Virus record (IMG/VR): IMGVR_UViG_3300022188_000007
Coordinates: 32,001 to 96,000 of that record
Origin: a virus
Length of the DNA stretch: 64,000 nt
Direction: 5' to 3' (one strand)
The position numbers were made by a program, and so were the translations under genes. The notes beneath the pieces are model-generated. The model was not told the origin of the DNA and made no database searches. It worked only from the letters and a program-made list of their open reading frames with translations. Shown in pieces: positions 39,028 to 49,800 of this stretch; position 1 is the stretch's first letter, and every line of letters starts with the position of its first letter.

Positions 39028-39780
39028 ATGGTAGAAGAAATTTTTGAAGACAGAAGAAGTTTTACAGGCTCTGATGAAGAGACAGAGTACTTTATTGGAA
39101 CCCCCAGCGCAGAAGATATTCGTGGGGCTGACTGGCAATACAGCAAAGTGTACACTAAATGTTTAACTGAAGGCATCCCCACAAGTGCAGAACTTATGGA
39201 TATTTTGCGGAGACGTGGGGTAATAGGGGACGACTTTGATAGACGTGCACAAGAATTATCAATCACTCTAAACGAACTCATAACTAGATTAAATGGCACA
39301 GAGGTATACAACGACAAAGCTGCTCTAGCGGTAGAAGTTTCTCAAGCCAGAGAAGCTTTATTTCAGTGGAATCAACGTCTTAGTGGTCCTATGAGTAATA
39401 CTTGTGAGCAAATGGCTGATGACGCAAGACTTGAATACCTCACTGCTTGTATTCTACAAAATAAAGATGCTACTAAAGTTTGGGAAGACTATGATAAATT
39501 TTTGGCTTCCACAGATCAAAGTCTAACACTGAAGTCTAGATATGAGGTTATGTTATTCCTACAGGGGTATGAATCTAATTTTCTAGAGAATACACCTGAG
39601 GCTAGAGCTATGAAAGAAGTGGAGACTAGTATTCTACAGGAAGCCGCTGCAGCAGTAGAAGCGGAAGCAGCTGAAAAAATTGCAGAAGAAGCAGCGCTTA
39701 AAAAGAAAGAGAAACCAAAAACTAAGCCAAAAGCTAAAGCAAAAGCTAAAGCCAAAACTAAGCCGGCTGAAAAAAAATAA
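39028..39780 (+). CDS. Putative tail assembly chaperone
   Basis: Between tail tube and tape measure; helical with a K/A-rich tail. Confidence 0.55.
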   Translation: MVEEIFEDRRSFTGSDEETEYFIGTPSAEDIRGADWQYSKVYTKCLTEGIPTSAELMDILRRRGVIGDDFDRRAQELSITLNELITRLNGTEVYNDKAALAVEVSQAREALFQWNQRLSGPMSNTCEQMADDARLEYLTACILQNKDATKVWEDYDKFLASTDQSLTLKSRYEVMLFLQGYESNFLENTPEARAMKEVETSILQEAAAAVEAEAAEKIAEEAALKKKEKPKTKPKAKAKAKAKTKPAEKK

Positions 39781-39794
39781 GGAACTAATAAAGA

Positions 39795-40802
39795 ATGCTG
39801 CTAGAGGATGAGGAAGTTGAAAGACTTATTACAAGAATTTCTACAGGAGTAAGCATTAGTATAATTGGAGATAAACCAATTGTATTTAAATTCCCTAGCA
39901 ATATGGTTAAATTAGAAGCTGATGTTCTTTATGATAAAGAATACCAAGACGCTATTGATAATGGCCTATTAAATAGATCCTCATTAGAAGAATTAATTGA
40001 AAAAAGAAATTTATTCACTAGAGAGGATCAAAAGAAATTGGATGGCTTGAAAACAAAGCTAGAAGGGCAAAGAATTTTACTTGCCAAAACTACAGTTGTA
40101 AAAGCCAATCAATCTAGAATTAAGGGAGTTATGGCAAAATTAAAATCTGAGATTTATGAGCTTACTACCCAGAAGACTTCCAAGCTTATGATGTCTGCAG
40201 AAGTAAAAGCTAACGAAGAGAAGTCATTATTCCTATGTTGGAGATGTACTTTTAGAGCTGATAAATTATTATGGAAAACTTTTAAAGATTTTAAACACAC
40301 TACTGATTTAAAATTTAGAGATAAAGTTTTAACTCCATTCCTTATATTTTATTCTGGTTTATCAGCGGATGAGATTAGATTTATTGCTCGTCATAATCTT
40401 TGGCGAATTAGGTATGTTAATAGTCAAAAATTATCTGAAGCTTTATTTGGAGTTCCTTCTACAGAATATACAACTGATATGTTAAGTTTAGCATATTGGT
40501 CAAACTATTATGATAATATATACCAAATGATGTCGGAAGATAGACCTAGTGATTTAATTATAGAAGATGATGAAGCACTTGATGCTTTCATGAAAGCTTT
40601 TTACGAGGAAAGGACCCGCGAGGACGCCGCAAGGCGAAGTAAAAGTAGGTCACCAGGTAAACTATCAGCATTTGATTCCGAAGAAGTTATAGTAACAGCT
40701 TCTAATGAATTGTACCAAGATATAGAATATGATACTCCAAGAGAAGCCCAAAAACTTAAAGAGAGAAATGAAATTAAAAAAAGGACAAAGAGGACTGGCT
40801 AG
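39795..40802 (+). CDS. Putative tail assembly chaperone (pre-tape-measure)
   Basis: Directly upstream of the tape-measure gene. N-terminal half resembles the preceding gene. WSNYYDNIY...PSDLIIEDDEALDAF. Confidence 0.55.
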   Translation: MLLEDEEVERLITRISTGVSISIIGDKPIVFKFPSNMVKLEADVLYDKEYQDAIDNGLLNRSSLEELIEKRNLFTREDQKKLDGLKTKLEGQRILLAKTTVVKANQSRIKGVMAKLKSEIYELTTQKTSKLMMSAEVKANEEKSLFLCWRCTFRADKLLWKTFKDFKHTTDLKFRDKVLTPFLIFYSGLSADEIRFIARHNLWRIRYVNSQKLSEALFGVPSTEYTTDMLSLAYWSNYYDNIYQMMSEDRPSDLIIEDDEALDAFMKAFYEERTREDAARRSKSRSPGKLSAFDSEEVIVTASNELYQDIEYDTPREAQKLKERNEIKKRTKRTG

Positions 40803-40867
40803 GTAATTAAGTAACTACTAAAGGTTTAAAGGGATTTTTTTCTCAAAAATTTAGGGGGGCTATTAAC

Positions 40868-43800
40868 TTGGTTAAAAAATATATATTCGAACATGCTTCA
40901 AATGAATCTAAAACATCTAGTAAGAGCGGAGGTTCTAAAGGCGTAGCGGTTGTAGAACTTTCCAAATCCGATCAAGCAAATCAGAAAAAAGTCCATGATG
41001 GCTTAAGAGAGATCAAGGAAGTATTAAAAAAACAAACTAAAGACACTTCTAGTAGCGCACTAATGCGCATGCTGGAAAAAGTCATAAAGGCTTCAGGCCA
41101 ATCTTCTAAGATAAGTTCGGCAGAACTTAAAACACTAGCCACAGCTTTCGCAAATGAACTCTCACGCAAGGGTTTTGGAGGGAGTGGTAGTGCTACAGTT
41201 TCCGGCCCACAGGGCAAAGCCTTAGATCCTAATATTATTGCTAAAGCAATAAGTAACCAAATAGCCCCAGCCCTGAAATCAGTTTTCAAATCTTTAGAGA
41301 CTAAAGATATTAAAATTGATCCTAAATCCCAAGAAGCTCTTCGTAAAGCGATGGAGTCTTCTGTATCTGATATTATCCCTTCAAAATTCTATAAAGTAAT
41401 AAATGACTTAAATTCTACACTTACCTCTGTGTTGGCGTTAAGTAAGACTAGCTTAAAGGCGTTTAATTCTGCAAAAGGAATGGCCTCTGACAAAGGCGGT
41501 CTTGAAGTAAAAGAGATTACTGGTTTTTATACTAATTTAAAAAAAGGAAGTAGCGAACTAAAAACTTTAGTAGGTCATATCAGTTCTCTTGTAAGAGAGG
41601 CAGATAAGCTTCCAGCTGAGCTTAGGGCTGCCGCCAAAGGTATGATAGACGCCGCCAGAGAAGCAAAAGATAAAACGGTACGTGGTGCTAGGGCGGTTCG
41701 TGAGGGAGCTCAAGTCCCTCAAGCCAAACTTGTTAAAGAGGTTACTAAACTTTTAGCTTCAGAGATAAAAAAACACACAACTGGTTCCACCAATCCAGCC
41801 GTCAACAATCTTATAAAAGCCCTTGATACTTTTAGTTCTAGCGCCGATGAGTTGACTAAATTAACTAAAGCACTTGATAATTTTGGAAAATCTATAGGCT
41901 CATTACAGTCAGACGGCGGAGTAGACCTAAAAGGCCTTCAAGGTGTATTGGGTAAGTTAGAAAAGACTATTAGTGCTATACCAACAGAAATTAAAGGTGG
42001 GGCTGTAAAAAGTGATGAGTGGAAGGATTTCATAGATCAGGCTAATAAAGTTATAAACACTGTAAAAACATTAGTTGTAAAGATTCAATTACCTAAAGAT
42101 GAAATAGATAGGTTCGTGAAACAGTTACCAGGTGAGTTTGACGTGGTAGCTAATATAGACATTTCTAATGTGCCTAAGGCTATAAAAGAAATAACTAAAC
42201 CGGTAGGTATACCAGTTAAGACTATCTTTTCTGCAGATGACATACAGAGGCGATTACGTTATGAGCATCCTGAAATTAGTGTAACCCAGCGAATCACAAC
42301 AGTTCATAAACAAGTCGAGGAATACCAATCTTCTAAGTCAGGTAAAGCCGTTAAAGAAGTTAGTTTACCTAATGCTAAGAGTGAAGCAGTTAAATTTTCT
42401 AAGGATCTTAATACTAGTGTAAATAATCTAATAAAAGTCTTAGAAGGGCTAAGTAAAGTTCATGCCACTGCTTACGGGAAACCGGTAGCTCAAGGATCAG
42501 CAGGAGATATAGCTAGTGATAGAATATCAGAGTTAATACATAAAATCCAAGACAAGAGAGGTAATACCTCTCAATTAAGGGAGTATGTAGATAAAACTCA
42601 AGGCCATGCCCATAAGACAGGAATACTTAGTCAGGCTGCCAGAGATGGGATTAAAGAGGTATATGAGATATTACACTCTACAACTGATGATGTTTTTAAT
42701 TCAGTTAAAAAATCTTCAGATCAAGCAACAAAGAATCTTGAGAGTGTAAGTAAGGCCTTTGATGCTGTAAATAAATCTTCGAAACAAATGGCAGACACCG
42801 CTAAAAATAATTTAGCTCAAACCCAACCATCTACAATACCTAGTAGTAGGCATGGAGCAACGTCAGTTAACACTGCCAGACAGGCACCTGCTTCTACTCA
42901 AAAGGAAGTATATAAATACTTTGAAGGTAATATCACACCTGGCAAGACAGCAAATATTGATGCAGGTAAGAAGTTAAATCTTGGAGAGGATTCTAGGAAG
43001 ATAGTTCAAGAGCATGTAAGCGGTTTAGCAAATTCGTTGTTAGACTTACAGTCGTATATGGTATCAACCCTTGAGAAAGAATTTGCTAAAGTACGTAAGG
43101 AAAGCAACTCTGGTAAAGATTGGAGGATAGTAGGTAAAACTGATACTGGCTCTATATCCGATTATTTTAAACTCACTGAAGGGTATAATCAAAAAACTTC
43201 AGGCAACGAGTATAGTTTTAAAATTGCGGATGTAAAAAATCTTAAGAGGGTTACTGGTAGTAAGACTAATGACCCCACAGCATTGATTAGTAAATTTAAA
43301 GAAGGGGTGTTTAAAGAGTTATTAGCTAAGAATGAAGCTACTATAGCAGAGTCAATTGGTAGATGGATGAAAAGGTTCTCAGAATCAGATATTTCTAGTT
43401 GGAAAGGGTTAGACTCTAGTACAGCAAGGCAATTAGCCGATATCAAATCTACCCATGATAAGGGACAAGGGACCGCACCATCCAAGAGGATGGTAGAGGC
43501 TATAAAGGGGTTAGGGGCTACAGACCCATCCGCCTTAAATAGAATATTTGAAAAGACAATTAGTGACATTGAAGCCACTCGTAGATTAGGCGAGAGAAAG
43601 TATGGCAGCTCAGTTCTAGTTAAGAAAATAGCTATACCAGCAGCTAAATTATCTGCAACTGGAGCGGCTACTATTGACACAGCTACTGGTAGTAAACGTA
43701 TCATTCCTAAATTTGCAACGTATAAAACCGGCTTTGAGAAGGTCTTCGAATCACTACAGAAAACTAAAACTTTTGATGTAGAGCAGGATTATCAAGGTAA

Positions 43801-46800
43801 AGTTAGGAAATTGGGAATCAGGCCTTCCGGCACCCAGTTTGAGGAAGCAAATAAAGTAGCTAAAGCAATGTTGATAGACCTAAGTAGGGTCAAGGATATT
43901 GTAAATGCTACAGGACAGACTACAGTGGATTCAGGCGCTGTTAGGGCTGATCTTGCTAAGCAACTAGAAACCTCCGTCGTATTAAAGGCAGGAAAATTAG
44001 AAAAATCAAAACACGTGACATCGGCTTCCGATGTATTAGCAAAAATAGACAAGAGTATTTATGCTGAGTTTGCTTCGGGCACAAAAACAATGGAAGAATT
44101 CATAGCTGCTACTTCTAAGGCCGGAGTATCTGCTTATGATCTAGTTAAAGGTATGGAGAGTATAGACTTTCAAAATATATACCAAATTTTTCAGAAGATA
44201 CTTGAGGGAACTGACTCTGTTAGTTCACCTCTTAAAGCTGTAGGAAAGAATCCAGATTTTTCTAAGAGTGTGAGGGATTTGGAATCTTATATTGGTAAAA
44301 TGGTGGGCACCATACCTATAGCGGACCCATCTCGCCCAAGACGGGCGTCTCATCAAGAAAAAGTAATTAATCTTATGAGTATGACCTCCCCTATTTACAG
44401 TCAAAAAGGTAAGGTAGGTACACAAGGATTGACCGCAGAAGGCCAGAAACAGTTCCTTAGAGATTTGAACTTATCTTTGCGGGAGTTTGTCAGGGATACA
44501 GCTATATTAAAAGATGCTGGTATGGGGCAGGGTAGATTACCCGCAGATGTTAGGACTCTATCTAGTTTGGGAGTACCTGAATCTCAAGCTGGAACTATAT
44601 CAGAATATAGAAAAGACGGTAGAAATGAAAATACGAAATATCTGGCTGCTCTTAATGCTACGACTGTTAAAATGTATTCTGATTCACTTTCAGAGATGGC
44701 TCCGTTTGGAGCACAATTTCAACAACTAGGTAGGAATATTTCCAACACTACTAATGCTATGGCATATAGACCTGGTGGAGGAGGGGTAGGGACAGACTTC
44801 CCAAGTTTACGTTCTGAGAGAGAAACTAAGTTGATCTCTGGCGGAAGGTACGGCGACAAAGGTTACGGTTTTAATGTTATAGCAGAGTTAAGAAACACCG
44901 CCTCTACTTTTGAAGATCAGATAGTAATATCAGGGAAGCTTGCTGATGTATTAACTTCTGTAACTAAGACTATAGTTCAACCAGATAAATTAGGTAGATT
45001 GAATTTAGTTGGTTCAGATGGCCAAGTGTCCTCATCACAGGAAGGTAGGGTAGGAGATATTAAACCTGATCAACAGTTAATAGGTGCTATTGAAACCGCC
45101 AATAAAGTATTTCAGGATGTTCTAGGAGTTAAACAAGAGTACAGAGGTAGAGCTGATAACGCACTTATCAAAGAGGTAACGAGTGCTTTAACTACCGTTA
45201 GAGGTAAAGATGTGCAAGTCCAGTCAGCCAAAATAGCTGAAACTTTTTTTAACCACTACGGTAGAAAGTTTACTACTAGGTATGGGTCCAAGGGTGTTTC
45301 TATAACAGCTCCTGGCGGTACAGGTGAATTAACAGGTAAGCAGTTAAAAGATTTATATGCGGATAAGAAAGTAAAAGTTTTAAGTAAGTCTGAAAGAGCT
45401 ACTGCTGGATTAGGGACTGTAGCTTTACCTAAAAGTATGGGACAATTAGTGCAGGAAATATATAAGGAGTATGCTAAAGAATTAGGACTATCTAACGCGG
45501 ATCTGGATGAGTCTCGTAAAGCGCTTATTAATAGTGGTAATAAATTCATGCTTAGTATGTTCACTGATTCATCCTTAGGGGTAGTTCCTGAAGGCAAAGA
45601 CGTAAAAGCACAACAGACTTTATTTACTAAAACAAAAAAAGCTTTAGCTAAGTTAGATTTTGATTTAGCTAAAGATATTAGCGGTATAGAGGGCTTAATT
45701 GAAGTTTATAAAGGAATGGATGGCTCTAAATTATATGAAGAAAAGCCTATAGATATTCGTATTAGTTCTCATGGTATTGCTAAGCGTGGACTTCAGGCTG
45801 AGAATCTAGAAGCTATAATGAATAATGTCATAGATGCTGGAGTTGCAGGTTCTACATCTTTAAAAACTAAATTTGACCCAAGTACTTATAAAAGATTATT
45901 GGGTACAGAAGAAGACACTACTGGTAAATTTCCAAGTCTTAGTGAGATTAGTAAGGCTTTAGGTTTTGAGAGTCAAGGTAATCCTAAAAAAAGAGGTCTC
46001 TTAGTCAAGGACATGATGAAACTACTTAAATCTAGAAATGTCCCGGGCACTGAGGATAAGTTACTAGCACAAGCCGGAAAACTAGCTGATTTGGAGATTG
46101 GATCTAGTTTCTATAGTGATATGCGAGATGAGTTTGGAAAGAGCAGGAAGAGCCTAATAGGGCCCAAATTCGTTGAAGTAATCGAAGACCCTAATGCAAA
46201 TCCAGCATGGAGCGAAACTGATATAAAGAAACAGGTAGCCGGCCAGAAGATAAATATACCTGCCTTCGGCGCTTATGCTACTGTATTTGGCGAGCAATCC
46301 CAATTCATTAAACAGATGACCTCATCTATTCCTTTAGACTCTAAGAAGCACTGGGAGTACTTAAAAGCTCTACAGGTATTAAATGATGACAGTTCAGAGA
46401 TGGCAACGCAGTTGTTATCCTCTGCTCAAGAGGTAGACGTAAGTAGTTTAAGAACCTTTACAAAATCTACTGGAAAATTTGTATCTAGAGCATCAATGTC
46501 TAATATAACTGAGATGCCTGAAGAAGATCAAGAGAGGGTTTTAAATGATACTATATTGGATATTGCAAAATTTCCTGGAGCAATGAATTTAAAAATACCT
46601 AGTACTAAAGATCCTTCTAAACGTGAATCTTTTTATGTACCAGGTGCATTAGCTCGTACTACTTACCCTGAACCTTCTTTGGCAGGAGAACGCGGCCTAG
46701 ATATGACGGCTCGTAGATTACAGGCAGTCGTAAACGCGGCAAAGAACGTAGACGAAGTAGCCGGCCAGTCAGATGAGTCAGGTAGTAAAAAGTTATGGAA

Positions 46801-49800
46801 TACTGTAGGTAGAATTAAGAAGAGATTAGCTGGTTATAGAGGGAGAGTTAAAGGGATAGTTGGGGAGTCTCCAGGTACTAAACAATTAACTTCTGGTGAG
46901 GTAGGTGAACTTGAAGGTATTTTAAGCACACTATTAGTTACATTAGATCAATCATCTGCCGATGAGAGAATGCTTTATAAGAATCAGCAGCATTTAAAGG
47001 GTGGTACTAGAGGTGATGTTATCAGAGCGTTTAAAGATAATAAATCTGGTGAAGGCAAATCACAGGCCCAAGTTTACCAAACTACTATAGATCAGGCTGT
47101 GGACCAACTTATAGGCCCGCAAGGAAGCCCCGACCCTAAAAATCCTCAGTGGGCCAGTAGGTATGACAAGCAGGCTAATGTATTAGGAGGTAAGGCTTAT
47201 AACGCTGGTCTAGCATCAGTAGAGCAGTTCGCCAAAAGCTTGAATGTACAACCATCTGATTCTGAAGATGACTTAAAGAAAGCCCTTCAATCATTAGAAA
47301 GAGCGAAAATTGAATACTATAATACCTTGGCTACTTCTGCTTTAGGTAAGACAGGTTCAGTACAAGAATTTCTATTTAATAGAAAAATGCCAGCAGTAAT
47401 GGGCAAAGCCATAAATGCTACAGTGGATAAAACAGAGGATCTAGATAATTTTAGTAAAGAACTGCTTTCAATCAGCTCGTCTGCTGGAGGTATAGGGGTA
47501 GATTTAAGTGCTTTAGAGGAAGCCTCTGAAAATATAAAAAAAATAAAAATAGAGCATGCTGAAAATGTGGAGAGTGCGCGTTCTAAAGGGATGCCTGTAT
47601 TAACTCAACATCAAGTTGGTATCCCTGAAAGTTACGCATCTAAGCTACCTACTAACTTTGCTAGAAGGTATGAGGTAGATGGAGGAACCGTACAAGAATT
47701 AAAAAAACCTATTTTTGAAAAATCTAATTTAGCTAAAATGTTGGATTATAGAGAAGAGATACAAGGAGCCCTTGATAATGTAGCCCCCGGTATGCGCTCT
47801 AAGATGGAAGCCTATTTGGAATCAGAGCTTTCTCCTTATTTAGAAAGTATGCGTTTCCCTGTCACAGGTGTAGCGTCTATTCAGCCATATGAAGCCAAGC
47901 TATTAAAACAAGGAGAAGGTCGTCAAATGACCAAACATACTTTAATGGCCCCAGGTATGCCAGAGATAGATATGGGTAAGTTTGATGCAGCTAAAAAACA
48001 AGTTGACTCAGTAATTGACGAACTAACCGAACAAAGAAAACTAGAGTATAAAGAAGAGTCCCCTGATCTGGAAAGAATAAATCAGTTAACTGCTACTATA
48101 GCCGCACTAGATAAGGCTATCTCTGATGTAATTCCTAAGTTTATAGCAGTCCAACAGAATCTAGATTTTGACGGTGATCAGATACAATTACACGCCGCTA
48201 AGACAGCTCTAGCGAGGCAAGAAATTTCACAACACTTTAAAACTATAACTGATTATGATAAGCAGGGAGGCACTACTGCTCAAGCTTTAAGAGACCAATC
48301 CACCTATAAAGCTTTAATACCATCTACAGAGAAATATACTTTAGCAGAACAGCAGATAGCCTTTTCAAAGAAGTTCCCAGAAAAAGAAGGGTTCGGTTTT
48401 ATGACTAAACCTTTCCTTACTGAGGGGCTAGATTATTTAAAACCTCAAGAACAACTAGATATTTTAAGTACTTTTCCTGGAGCTGGTGGAACAGAGAATA
48501 CCCCATTAACTGTTTTAAATAATCTATTACCAGAGCTTTTTAGAAATGAAAAACATATGGCTAAAATTGCCATGACATTGCAGGCAGTAAAACCGGAAGC
48601 CGGTAAAGATACCGCATCCAGTCAAGCGCTATTAAACGCATTAGCAAAAATGAAGCCGGTAGAAGACCAACCCAGTAGTGGTAGAGAAAAGGCCGTATTT
48701 GAAGAAGGTATAAAGACTAAGTTATATGATACTAAAATGACTAATGCTATTAATGCCAACTTTTTTAAACTTAATACCGGACAAGACACTGAAGCTCTGA
48801 ATAGGCAGTTGAAGTTATTTGAAAGAAACTTAGGGTACGGTGGCGGAGTTATACGACAGGGTGCTCAATATGAGCCTACTGCTAATTTAGCAAGTCGTTT
48901 TCCCCTAGACCTTAAATCCATGGGCAACACAATGGGGGAAGAACTACATACCATGATGAATGAGTTTTTACGTGTAGGGGTACAGAAAGGGCTGGATGTA
49001 AAACATGCTGGAGAGACCCCAATTGCTACTGAAATGGCAAATCTAATATCTAAAGGGTCCCCAGGCGTTTCAAGCTTAATAGAAAAGATAAATGCCGGAG
49101 AAGGCTCATACGGCGACCTTACTGATTTTGCAGAGGCAAATAAGAAATCCTTAGGGCGTAGATTAGGTGGTATGTCTACCGAAGATTTGTATCTTGATGC
49201 AGCCAGTATTGCTGGAGGTAGAGGTGAGTCTACTACTAAACTAGATCCAGGTAATAGAGAAGAGCTTAAAGAATACATCACTAAATCTATAGGATTTGAG
49301 GGCTTTCTTCACGAGCTGAGTAATCAAGTAATTGAAGCGGCGCATGAAGGGCTTATGAAGTCAGTTAGTGCTTGGTCCGATACCAAAAAACAAAAAGAAT
49401 TTAAAGGTAGTTCAGCAGAAGACTATGTAAAGGCTTCTATTAGAAAACAACTTAAGGGTGACGGTATTAATATATTGGATTCAGCGGAAAGTCCTCTAAT
49501 GCCTTTATATAAAATGAGGACCTCTGGCGCATCAGGCTATCAACAACGTGGTCTATATCAGGATAAATATGGTGACGTAGAGGCTCCTGAACTCGAAGGA
49601 ATCTTCCAAGGCAAAGAGGCTGATGCTTATGCCGCTAAGTATAAGGAAGCTAAAGCAGTAGCTAAAAATATACAGGATGCTCTTATAGACTTTAGTTCTA
49701 ATAAAGGTGGTAATAAGAAAGGCAGTTATTCAATGCTACTTGAAAGCAGTATAGAGAATATCTACGCTGATCAGAAAGAGATTATGAAGTTAGTACAGGA

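Noticed and set aside
39765-39800. Programmed -1 frameshift joining the two tail-chaperone genes (lambda G/GT style) at the A-run before the stop
   Set aside because: The -1 frame reads ATA AGG AAC TAA (stop at 39786-39788) before reaching ATG 39795, so no fusion is possible there.
44690-49010. Host rpoB/rpoC contamination or misassembly
   Set aside because: The motifs are far too diverged from cellular RpoB/RpoC, carry large insertions, and are in frame with a tape-measure domain in a coherent phage gene order.
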